From: Coniocarpon cinnabarinum
Taxonomy: Eukaryota
NCBI GenBank assembly: GCA_051942205.1
Contig: JAVECO010000202.1
Span: forward strand, 1-39,292
Reading direction: 5' to 3'
DNA length: 39,292 nt
Shown: piece by piece, positions 1 to 11,709 of the stretch
How the letters are laid out: each line of letters begins with the position of its first letter
Position numbering within the stretch: position 1 is the first letter of the stretch
The notes under the pieces: model-generated
What the model was told of the DNA's origin: nothing
The model's input: the letters and a program-made list of their open reading frames with translations, nothing else
The model's database searches: none
Translations under genes and position numbers: made by a program

Positions 1-68
1 CCCCTCCACCCGTCGCCCGCCAGTAATCCTGTCTGCAGCCCGCGACCGACCAACTGCCCGCCGGCCTC

Positions 69-1630
69 ATGGCCCGCCCCCGCAAAGAACCCGGCACCGG
101 TCCTGATGAGGATAAAGAGATCCATATCAAGCAAGACAAATACTTCGAGCTGGTCAATTTTGTAAGTGCCGCCTTCGCGCCTCCTTCCTGACTGCGCCTG
201 TGCCCACCATGTATTGTTTTTCTCAACACGTCCCCCTCGTGCACGAGGTTTGGCATGCGCCGCTTCACCCTGTGCCCCAATCGGTCTGGACATCAACGTC
301 GCAGCCACGGTGGCTTGCATACGAGGCACGCTGTCCAGTGCATGACCGTGGGCGTCCAGGACTGGACTGGGTCAGGAAAACGACCCCTCTCTCCCCCTCC
401 CCCTCCTGTGCTCCCGTCCCAAGTGCTGCGCAATCAGTTCGTAAGGAGTCGATCTTGCTTCGACAAGCTTCGGGATGAGACTACATCCAACCGACAGTGA
501 TCAGTCTTGCAAATCAGCGGACGCTGACGACAGTCCAGTTGGCGAGTCAACTCGAGACACAGAAGAACAATGCGTCGAGGCAGATTCAGGTCGTGTCTGG
601 CCAGCTCTCGCGTGTCCAAGAGTCCCTGAGTATTCTCAAGAACCATACCCAGCTCATCATGGAGAGCAACGACCTCAAGATCGATGTCTTCTCTAATCTC
701 GAATTCATCCACCGCTTGTTGACCACCGAAAACATCGATGAGATCGGCACTGCCGCGATGTCCGAGGCTCCCGCTCCCATGAGCATGAAACCCAACAAGC
801 CGAAGAAGCAGCGCAAGGAGCGCGATCCGAACGCCCCCAAGAGGCCCCTCACCGCCTTCTTTCTTTTCCTCCAAGACAAGCGCGATGAGACAACAGAGGC
901 AATGAAGAAGTCCGACCCTGGTTTCAAACCCGGCGACGTACAAAAACGAAATACGGAATTGTGGAATGCACTGCCAGAAGAAAAACAAGAGGTAAGTTGA
1001 CGAGGCCATCCGAGTCTTTCTGGTCATTCCCTGCTAAGGCCAGCTCAGCCGTACAAGAAACAATATGAAGCGAACCTCGAGATGTACAAGAGGCAGCTCG
1101 CGGCCTACAAAGCTCGGGGCGGTGTACTCCCCCCTCACGAAGAAGCGCACGAGCACGATGCAGCCGATGTCGCAATGGTGACGGACCCGGCCTTAGAAGC
1201 GCATAGCGATCCTCAGGACGATGAAGACGTTCAGGACGATCCCATGCAAGGGAAACGTGCAGAACCCCAAGACGAAGGCGGGCCAACAAGCGAAGAGTCC
1301 GACGACGATTCAGCCACGAAGGAGTCTCATGAAGAATCAGAGAGATCCGAGGAAGAGCAAGAGGAGGACGAGAGCCCGCCTCCTAGGAAAGAAAGCAAGA
1401 AGTCTGCAGGTAGAGCAACCAAGGAATCGAGCCACGATAAGCAGAAGAGCAAGAAGGCACCTGTCAAGGAAGAGAAGAAGTCAAAGAAGGCCAGAGAGTG
1501 GGACAAATCAGCAAGTCCGGAAAGATCGAAGAAGAAACGCAAAGCTGAGGATCGAGACTTCTCGAAAGCTGAGAGGAAGAGGAAGCCGCGTAAATCTCAG
1601 GGGTACAACGGCAACGACGAGGATTTCTGA
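69..1630 (+). CDS. HMG-box protein with acidic/basic C-terminal tail; exons 69-161, 539-991, 1049-1630
   Basis: ATG at 69 (MARPRKE...). GT-AG introns 162-538 (branch GCTGAC) and 992-1048 keep the frame. HMG-box signature RDPNAPKRPLTAFFLF...WNALPEEKQEPYKKQYE. Confidence 0.9.
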
Positions 1631-2124
1631 TACTTGCTTCCTCATTGCTCCTTTATACCCCTTTCTCACGAAAGAAGATGATGCATGTTGGAAAGAGTTG
1701 TGGCGAAATCTCACCGTATTTTCGAAGAAGATTGGCTCGGCGCTGGGGAATGTCAGTGCTTTGTCAGCGACTGTATGACGCAGATCTAGTACTCTCATCC
1801 CAGTTCGAAGTATTGTGGAATTGATTGCACTGGAGTCGAGTCTGGACAAAATCCCTATTGCGGCATGCAGGACGTGAATTTTTCACTGGACATACCTCGT
1901 CGCTGAGAAACCAGGGGCCAATTCTCCTGCGCACCATGGGCACACGTGATTGCCGTTCTACCGAAAGGGTGGCGTGAGGCTTCGAGGATGCGGGACGGCA
2001 GTCGTTTTCAAGACTACCTTGAGCAGGGGTCCAACCAAGTCTGATCGAAGCAGGGCGAGGAAGAAAGAGCAAGAGAATTCGAGAAGGGGTGCGTTGACAC
2101 AGCCTTAGCAGCTCTGCATTCCGC

Positions 2125-5100
2125 TCAATAAATGAAATAGGCTTGACCACCTGGTACGCCTTCGTCGGCATCGACAGGATTAGCCACCAAATGCACCCCG
2201 TCTGCTTCCACTCGATACGTCTCAGGATCCACGCTCATCTTTGGCATCGCGTCGTTCCATTTCATGTCTCTTTTGTTCACGTCTCTGCACCGTCGTACAG
2301 CTTCAACTCTGGCGTTGAGCTTGTAGCTCTCAATCACGCTTTGGTTGCCAGGTGCATGAGGATCGGTGCGTGGCTTCGTTGCAGCGGCGCTTGTGAAGAT
2401 GATGCGTGTCTTTGGATTTAGAGGCGCAAACATTGGCCGCATGTATAGCGGCTCTACTGTAGGAATGGAGGCGTTCGGATCGCCCATTTGCATGTGGCTG
2501 ATCATGCCGCCTTTGATGACCATCGTTGGCTTGACGCCAAAGTCTCGCGGACTCCACACGACGAGATCTGCGAATTTCCCCACTTCTACGGATCCAATAA
2601 GATGTGACATGCCTTGTGCGACAGCCGGATTGATTGTGTATTTGCTGACGTAGCGCTTGATACGAGCGTTATCAGCGCCTGTGCCCTCGTCCTCTGGCAA
2701 CGCGCCCCGTTGCACTTTGTTCTTATGCGCTGTGTTCCAGGTGCGAAGGATGACCTCACCGCAGCGACCCATAGCTTGCGAGTCAGACGACATCATCGAG
2801 ATTGCACCAAGGTCATGCAGAATGTCTTCTGCCGCGATCGTCTCGGCTCTGATGCGGCTTTCGGCAAAACTTATGTCCTCCGGTATGTTTCGCGACAGAT
2901 GGTGGCAAACCATAAGCATATCCAAGTGCTCGTCCAGCGTGTTCTTAGTGAAGGGTCTGGTCGGGTTGGTTGACGACGGGAGTATGTTCTGGTGCTCAAC
3001 GACTTTGATGATATCAGGCGCGTGACCGCCACCGGCGCCCTCCGTGTGGTACGTGTGGATTGTTCTGCCTGCGATCGCATCGAGTGTGCTTTCCACGAAG
3101 CCTGATTCGTTGAGGGTGTCTGTATGTATCAAAACCTGGACGTCATGTTCATCGCAAGCTTTCAGACAAGCGTCTATAGCAGCAGGCGTGGACCCCCAAT
3201 CCTCGTGCAGCTTAAGCCCGCAGCACCCGGCTTGGATTTGCTCCCCAAGCGCCTGCGGTGAGGAGTCATTACCCTTCCCCGTTATCCCCGCATTGACAGG
3301 TAAATCGTCGAAAGATTCAAGCATCTGGCGAATATGCGAGCGCCCTACAATAGGTGTCAGTACTTATCATTACCCTCGCGTTCTAAATTATCGACACTAG
3401 TAGGTGGAGATTCTGTTGTTAACACAAGGTGACCTTTTTCATTCTGTATGGTTTCCTCGGCCACATGTATTTCATACTGTTTTACTTTGAACGATAAGAG
3501 ATTTGATAGCTAAGATCACTGGCAATTTTAGAATAAGTGCAGTAATCTCCTATCTTTACACGAAAAGAAAGAAGAAATACGAAAAGCAAAAGTCTTCAAC
3601 AGAAGCATCATCGAAACGAAACGGCTAAACCGAACAACGACATGACGTGTGTCGATAACTCACCTGCAAGAAGAATTAGCACACAACGTAGGGATGGCTA
3701 AAGCTTTGCCTCGAGCAATGCTTGGCTGCTTACCAGGGGTGCATGTTGTAGCATTGGTTCCAGTACTTGGTCCGGTGCCGCCACCGAGAAGAGTAGTAAT
3801 GCCTGAAGAAATCGACTCGTGTGCTTGTTGGGGGCAAATTGTGTGGATATGACTGTCGAAGCCACCGGCGGTCACAATCTGATGTTCTGCCGCAATGACG
3901 TCGGTGCAGGAGCCTATCACCATGTCAGGATGAACTCCTGCCATGACGTCTGGGTTACCAGCTTTGCCAATGCCAGCAATGACCCCCCTTTTGATGCCGA
4001 CGTCAGCTTTGTATATGCCAGACCAGTCAACGACCAGGGCGTTGACAAGGACAGTATCAAGCACGCTCTCGTCGCCGCGTCCAGATGCTTGACCCATGCC
4101 ATCTCGGATTGTCTTGCCCCCACCAAATGTACATTCATCACCAGGAACCGCAAAGTCTTTCTCCACGCGGAGCCAAAGTTCGGTGGAGCCCAAACGCACG
4201 AGGTCTCCGGTCGTCGGGCCGTACATGCTGACGTAGGCCTCACGATCCATCGTTGCTGCTTTTAAAGCTAGTGGAGAGTCACTGGAAGGAGTGGGATCAT
4301 GAAGAAAACCATATGTGCGGATTTTGGCAAGAACGGCCTGTTTATCGATAGCATCGGCAATCCCAGAGGCCAGACCATTGCCGCCGTGAATGATTTTATT
4401 ACCGCCGATCTCGACGAGTGTTATTGTTTTTGCTTCGCCGGGCTCAAACCTCACGGAGGTGCCAGCAGCGATATCCAATTTAAATCCAATAGCGGCCAGG
4501 CGGTCAAACGAGAGTTGTGGATTTGTTTCGGCAAAGTGATAATGCGAGCCAACCTGCGAGCTACTTAGCATGGATAGATATGTTGAGTACAGAAATCTCA
4601 GATGAATTCGTATTGACCTGTATTGGTCTGTCCCCCTCGCTGACCACTTTCAAACGAATGCGCCTGCGGCCCTCATTCAGGATCACACGTGTCTCTTTGG
4701 CTGCGACAACTGCACCTGGTGCTTTCGAAGGCTCGAATGCAGACACGTCCGGTAGCAAGAAGACGTCATTGCTAGGTACCGGGAAGAAAGAGCCATAGAG
4801 CGCTCTTTCGAGGTTTCCATTTTCGGTTGACACAGGGTGATGCACAGTGACCAGGTACGTTCCGGTCTGAGTGCCTTTGTTAGCTTGGTCAATACGAGTT
4901 AAAGCATAAGGCGTCGGACGCCGATGGATGTGTTACTTGAAGTTGGTGCGCCGCGCGCTTGTGGGAAGACAGAGACACTTTATTGGGGAGGAATGTTGCC
5001 ATCTCACCGTAAATGTCCCCTCAATCATGACCTCGGTCAAGGTCATGACGACGGACGGGAGCACATGGCGACGACCTAGGATCGTCTTGCCAATAGACCT

Positions 5101-5586
5101 GTTGGATTTCGATGTCAACGGGGCCGATGGTCGCTGCTAAAGCCATGACAGGTTCAGGACAGCGTAGCTTGCGGCACGTGCGACATTACTCGTTGACTAG
5201 AAATCGAAAGAGTGTCTGCAATTCTGAACACGAAATGAACCTGCTTACATCAACTCGGCAACGCTATGATTCCCATCCCGGACAAGCTGCAAGGAACTTA
5301 GCGCCTCGCTCAATTCTCATAAGTACGTCAAGCGCACCTCATGGAGAACGTGGGCAAGCAACGCCTCCGCTCAGAAATCAGAAGCGTCCAAATTCTGGCA
5401 CATAAGCCCTGCAATGATGCTCACAGTTGCCTCTGTCTGATTCAACTTGACGCCCCGCGCGAGGCGGCGCTGAGCAATTGTCCCAACTTGCGATATGAGA
5501 AGCTTGTCGACCTGCGAGACGATCAGACCAGAATGGTGAGAAAAGCTGCCGGGATCGATGCTTACCTCTCTCGGCGCTAAATTCAT
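2125..5586 (-). CDS. ure1: Urease (single-chain gamma-beta-alpha eukaryotic type), 7 intervening regions, the last a double intron
   Basis: Spliced start [27 protein letters not shown]; motifs [61 protein letters not shown], typical of the dinickel urease active site. Confidence 0.98.
3345..3663 (-). other. Intron unit B (319 nt, AT-rich, fold-back) of the composite urease intron
   Basis: Minus strand: GTGAGT donor directly after the unit-A CAG, ACTGAC branch site (3356-3361), TAG acceptor; nested inverted repeats across its length. Confidence 0.8.
3664..3733 (-). other. Intron unit A (70 nt) of the composite urease intron
   Basis: Minus strand: GTAAGC donor, GCTAAT branch site (3675-3680), pyrimidine tract TCTTCTTG, CAG acceptor. 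Confidence 0.8.
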
Positions 5587-6001
5587 TTTGTAGCCTGTTT
5601 CAAACTGGCTGTGTCGAATAGGTTGCTCCCGGCGCAGTTGTCGAGCCATTGGCTGCGTGGCTGCCTAGGACGCGTCGCGGATCATGACCTGCCATTAACG
5701 GTAGTGACGCCAATGCGATGAACTGCCACGACCGCTCACGAGCCAGAACGAGAGGACACCCGTGAGTACATACACTTGTTGCTACTTGGAGATGAACCAA
5801 ACTGTCCTTCGACAATTTCGATGTTGCCCCAAGTGGGTGAGCAGCTCGATCAGATCAGCTGGTCCTCTACAGACATTTGGAAACGCGTTGTGCTCCTCTC
5901 CTACGTTTCTATAGCACAAGCTTGGAAGGTTTCGAAAGACCTTGACATGAAATTTGTGGCTTGGAGATTTTTTCGAGGCTCGACGTGCTGCCTTGTTCAG
6001 G

Positions 6002-7701
6002 TCAATGCCTCGCGACAAAGTATGCAACCACCACGATGGCGGCAATAAGGACGCCCCATATCACCATTGTCATCTGGAGCAGGGTAACATGCCTTCTGCT
6101 AAATCGCACTGCCTTCCCTTGACTTATCCATTGCACCCAATCGTCTGCGTATTTCAAATCATACAATATCACAGGTATGATCAGGGGTACCGCAGTGCAG
6201 CACCACAAGACGCGACGGGTGTACTTTTTCTCGTCGTTAATTTCCTCTTCGTCCAGCTTTCGAGATACCCTCCGCAGGCTTGGCGATATCTCTTGGTTGA
6301 TACGTGCATACGTTGGTTCGGCGCCGAGAAGTGCGGACGCTCTACAGGAAGCGCTTCTAACATGATTGCGCAAGTACGCATTTCGTGATGTATGTACTGC
6401 ATCGTGGGGCGGTGGCAATAGCGTATCTGCCTCATTGACATCTGTGGTCGTGCGATATGAGAAGCTGCTCATTTCTGTGAGCTTCCTATCCTTGTCGCTG
6501 GCTGATCTCTCGAACCAGACAGGACTATCACTTATCAGTCGCTCAGGCTCAGGCGAGGCGCGTTGAAAAGGACCTCGCGCGGCAAACCTGGGCACGCTAA
6601 TTTGCGTCGTGTGAGTCCTCTTGCTGCAGTCAGTCAGGATCGAGCCTTCCGAGAGACCCTGCGAGCCCGTTGACAGTAAACGCTCCAAAGAGTCGTCATC
6701 GGAAAGGAGAGTAGGTGCTGGATGATTCACGATTTGTCGTCGCGCATGGTTTGGTTTGATAGAGTGTGGGGTGACCGCGTTCGAAGGTGAATTTTTGCGT
6801 TGGGACCTGGTTCCATGAATGGGCGACGAGACTTTTGCAGCCCTTTGCAAGCCATTGCTGAAATACCTGGTGCTTTTCACGATATCATTATTCAAGTCAT
6901 TAGCAGACAATTGCTCCTTAGGAGAGTCGTCATGACTTGGGGTCACTGTGATCCATCCTGAGTCCGAAGAAGGACGTGACCTGCTGCTCTGCAAATGCGT
7001 GGCAAGTTCAGCAGTGAACAAGTCCTTAGCCGAGTTACGAAACTCTCGCAATTCCACGTTGTGATCCATAATTTCTTTCCTCGCCAAATTTGATTGCGTT
7101 GTGGCATCTGTTCCACGCCTCTGTGATTGGTGCAAGCATTCATCGCCGAATTGTTCCACATGCGCTTGTTTGCCGACATTAGTACCGCCTTATCGTACTT
7201 CAGGTATGATTACATACTTCTGCGGGGTCTCCCAATCTTGTCCGGCCTTATAAAGTTTGGCCTCAACATCTGTTGCACTTCTGTCTTGTCCGAGGTCACT
7301 GCACTCAGATGAGCATTCTTGGTTGCGGCAATGCTTGGCAAAATGATCTTCGGAAGCTTACCATCAGCTCTTTGCGACGGCGAACAAGCAGCCACTGCAC
7401 CAGTTGAAAGAAATCCTTTGTCAGGCGCGGCAAGAGTGTGCAAGGCGGGTACGTCACTCCGATGCGTGTTTTCTAGCTGCTCCCTCTCGTTCTGTCCGAG
7501 CCCAAGCAATTCATCAGTATCATACTCTTCACCCATCGAGCTGTTGTCAGGAGTCTCAGCGGAGTATAAGGGGCGATGATCTTCTTGCCGGTCTCTTTGG
7601 CGGCCATACAGCCCGTAAATATCATCGATTGTGCGTTCTCTTGAGGGTGGTGACATAGTATTGTGCCCTGACAAACGTGGATCTGTTTGACGCCTTTGCA
7701 T
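6002..7701 (-). CDS. Hypothetical protein, long low-complexity N-region and two C-terminal hydrophobic segments; start codon uncertain
   Basis: ORFs 7210-7812 and 6002-7159 join in frame through a GTATGT...ACTAAT...AAG intron at 7165-7217; C-terminal hydrophobic stretches VLWCCTAVPLIIPVIL and MVIWGVLIAAIVVVAYFV. Confidence 0.75.
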
Positions 7702-9595
7702 TATGGCCGCATATGCCTCTGAGACGTTTTCGTACAGATGCATTAAAAACGAGCGTCCAGTGAAATTGGTTCTGTAGCTGATCTTGAGGCAAAGTCTGGC
7801 GCAACACCTCACTGAGACTATCGTAGGATGCGTTCAACGTGGTGGAAGCGATACTTCGCAGTATCACATGAACAGATTCATAGAGCAGTAGTTCGGGAGC
7901 TTGAATAATAGCTGCTGGTTCATTGATTGTGATGCCGATGTTCTGCGGGAGCCGCTTTGCTCGTTTGAGAAACCGGGGTCACTTTGCGAAAGTGATTGTG
8001 TCTTTAAAGTCGATGGATTTTGCATTTGGGCACCATCACAAGCATGCGTGAGTATATCTCTCCTCCCCAAACACCGAAGGGTGGAATTTTGCGACAGCTG
8101 TGCTGATGTGTTTTGAATAGGCTAGGAGGCGTGTAAGTGAGATTGTAGCCTTTGGATGGAGGCTCGCGGTACCCCGCAACAATGTTCTCAACAGATCATG
8201 CCCTTAATGCTTTCTTTGTATGAAAAAGATAGTTAACGGGCTAGTTCAAGGGAAGGCGTTGAAGCAGGCGAAAGATGAACGACTGGGCTGACCAGAACCC
8301 GTGAGGCAAGCGGTGGACCGGGGGGAAATTTTACAAGCGCTTGGATCCCGTGGCCTCTCTATTCCCTGTCTTCTTGGAGCGACTTCACCTGCCACCTTTA
8401 GTAGCGCTCTCAGGAAAATAGCAATCCCGTGCGGTTTCGTGTCATTTCCGACCCGCAAACAAGGAAGCGGTCGATGGCGTCGCGAAGCCTTAGTCAGCTC
8501 TATCCAACTCTAGGTTCACCTTCAAAGGACGCCCGGCCTTGCCCAGGTTTAATGAAAAAAGGAGGCGCTAATCAAAAAGAAGAGAAGCAAAGTCGCACGC
8601 CCCGAGGCAGGTGCGACTGAGCATAGCACCACTTTTCATGACGTGCTGGCTGAACATGAATTACACTAGCAACCGAGTCTCAGCACTCTGGTAGAAACGC
8701 ATGCCGTATGCGAGAAGCGCTTAGCTATGCCGCTGCCGCGGCCCCGGCGACGTCTGGATCCATCTTAGTGACCATGACCGTGGTCTCAGCCAACCCTGCA
8801 GTGCAGCAACGGTGTATGCAAAAGCCACACGAATGGTCTGGGTATAAGTGGACAACATCTGTGCAGTTCGCTCGCAAGATAAGGGGCAAGCTACCGCTCA
8901 AGCAAGAACAGTGAATGGGAAGGTAAACAGAAAGTGCTAGAGCTATCGCAAACTGGTCTGACTGAAATCCTATCGAAGCTCTGGCCCAAGGCTAGTAATA
9001 CATAGAAACGAATAAAAATATTCTATATTTTATATCTAAACTACGAAACACTTACCTGAGGTGCGGAGCATGTGCGAGGCTCATTTGGCACTCCGGAGAG
9101 CTCGGAGCGGGCCAAGGCACGTGACGATAACGGGTGAGTCCCACAAAGAAAAAACAGGGCAAAGTACGGCAGGGTGATGAGAGAAGCATATCGGGGACTT
9201 GCCGCATTACAAATCAGCATCTTGTGATTTGCAAGAGGATTTGGACCAGTGCACTCATAACTTTGTGACCCGGATTGTCCTTAACGCACAAGCTTGTCGG
9301 CTCGACACTCTTGTGTGCCGTACTCCTTCGAGATTAAAGAAGAGCTGGACCTAACTCGTGAGGATACTCACGGACGGCAATGTCAGCGGGTAGACTTCCT
9401 CTGTGCCGAACACTCGTAATCGGTGGACACACCTGCAAGCTCCCTCAAGGATTCGCCATGCAACACCCTGAATCTATTAAAATTTTGACGATATGTCCCA
9501 ACAGCCGCGTCGCAGCCACGAGCTTGTGCCGCTCAGCCAGACCAAGCTACCGCGCCATAGCTTCCACGCTACAGCTTTAAGGAAAATTCGAACAT

Positions 9596-11709
9596 TCACT
9601 CGTCGCCTTGGGTTGCTGCAAACTTTGACATCCTCCGCAGCCTAAATCCAAAATGATAGAACACATATGGCACGGGAACCAATGTGGCGCTGATGCAAGC
9701 TAGGATAGTCAGTGTGTAGTGCACACCCAGGTTCTTATAAAACGGAATGCCGACGACAACCATTCCCCCTGCGGCGAGATATCTCAGCAACGTCACCGAC
9801 GCTAGCGCGCTCGCCGCGTAAATTTCATACGAATCAATAATGTATTGATAAGACGAAATAAAGACCGTGAGTATCCCGTATCCAAAGAAGACAGAGGCAA
9901 TTAGAGGGGACCATATTGAGATATTGGCATCCGAAGTCCAACCCATCCAGAAAAGAGACAATGGGATGCACACTGAACCACCGAGCATGGTAAACCAGAG
10001 TCTGAATTCGGGAGGCAACTGATCGCCGCCTTTTTCTTGGATTTTGCGCAGATCTCGTTTCGCCCAGGTGTAGATCAAGGGTATCAAAGTGGTTGCAAAG
10101 CAGAGACCCGAGGCGATGCCCAGGAAACACGTTCCAGTGATGCCCTCTGAAGTGCCATGAATCTCACGAAAGATATAGTCATAACCATCTAAGAACGTGA
10201 ATAAAATACTCGACCTACAGTCAGCGTTCATGATTTTTGAATCGTGTGCGGTCTGAGAGCAATACTTACATGTACACAACGGAAAGGTACAACGCAATCA
10301 AAATGATGATAGGTTCCTGAAATGTGAGGGAAAACGGACGGTACAGAGCAAGCTTCAGCCTTCGAGGAAACGTGTCAGCTCTAAGCTCGATAGGTGACGC
10401 ATATCGCTGGTCATTCGTCAAGGTTCGCAGGTGAGTCGCTTTCCACTTCAATATGACAGGCGAGTAGGTCTCTGGCTGGAAAAGCAGGACCAGTCCCAGC
10501 ACGAAGCCCGACATGATTAGAGTCGTCCACTCTGTCCAACGCCATGACACTAAAGGACTAGCCGATATCCAGCCACCTGCTAAAGTCAGCCAGCCCCATA
10601 GTACCGCAAGCGTCAGTCGCCGCATGACTCACCAATGACTGGGCCAAGGACTGGACCTTTAGCATTGTCAGCAAGCTGATGCATTGGAAGATGGGCCAGT
10701 TTCAAAGAGTTGCATCTTACCCATGAAAGCGGCATTTGCAAAAATTGGGAAAGCAAACACTGCAGTGCCAAAGGTTAGTGCTACGCGTGCCGAAGCGGGA
10801 AACATCGCGAAGAGAAGACTGACCGCGCTCTAGTGGGTTCCACAAGTCTGCGATACTTCCACCCGCACAGGTCAACGGCGTGCTGGCAAAAACCCCTGCC
10901 AGAAAGCGGAAGGCGAGCTGCGAACCAATGTTGGGTGCTAGTCCACAAGCCATGATCCAAATCATGTAGACGCCCAATGTTGAGATGTACACAGGGTTGC
11001 GGCCAACAGTCTCCGAGATCGGTCCTGCTAGTAAGCTACCAGCCCCGAACCCAGCAAGAAAGATGCCTGTTGCAAGTGATTCAACCACCTCACTCACGTG
11101 GAAAGATGCTGCTGCAGGCTGCAGTGCGGAACTGTCAATACTCGAAGCCACTCCAACAACTGCACCAATGGCCGCAATGTTGGCAGTGGCAACAAACCGG
11201 CTGCTCAATCTCCAGTTCTGGGGATTGATGGGATCCGTATCGTTCTCGAACCCAACAACGAAAGCCTGGCGACAATTTTGAGCGCCCTCGTTGTGAGTCT
11301 GATACTTCACCTCCACACCACGCAAGTTATGTCGCAAAACGGTACCTATGCTTCGATGCGAATCGGTATCCATTTTACTTTCAATTTCATCAGGCCTTGT
11401 CAGACCCGAGTCATAACCGTCTGCAAAGTTGTTCCCACATCCAGACTTGGACAGCGGTTGATCTTGGTTCTCACTTGACTTCCTCCTAGAATGTCGATTA
11501 GATGCATCGACAGGCCGGCTTGCGTTGTGCTGCTGGTCTTTTTCCAGAGCCAGACCTGAGTCTGTTGAAGGACCTGCTTGATCTCCATGGAAAGAAGACG
11601 CATGCCCACGTCTTTGGAGAGCGTGTGGTGACTTGTACTTTTGCATTTCTCCGTCCACCTGCGCCTGGATTTGTCGCCCAATACGTCTGTATTGTAGGTT
11701 CGACTGCAT
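9596..11709 (-). CDS. MFS transporter, DHA1 (drug:H+ antiporter)-like
   Basis: Motifs DPINPQNW, GPISETVGRNPVY, RFLAGVF, GGSIADLW, GPVLGPVIGG (after splicing), PETY, PEFRL; 4 introns. Start placed at MQSNLQYRRIG. Confidence 0.92.

Noticed and set aside
3345..3663. Box C/D snoRNA, hammerhead ribozyme or TPP riboswitch in the urease intron
   Set aside because: No intact RTGATGA/CTGA pair, no CTGANGA...GAAA core and no TPP CTGAGA motif in proper context by eye; an Rfam scan is still advisable.
3345..3733. Classical [D1,2] or [A2,3] stwintron
   Set aside because: Neither unit interrupts the other's donor or acceptor; both are intact and simply adjacent.
9048..9270. U1 snRNA-like start ACTTACCTG, a GCACTCCGGA segment and an Sm-like AACTTTGTG
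   Set aside because: No stem-loop I GATCA(A/C)GAAG loop, no ATTGCAC loop and wrong spacing; ACTTACCTG is more simply a minus-strand CAG|GTAAGT donor.
9174..9292. Box C (GTGATGA) snoRNA candidate
   Set aside because: No matching CTGA box D or terminal stem seen.
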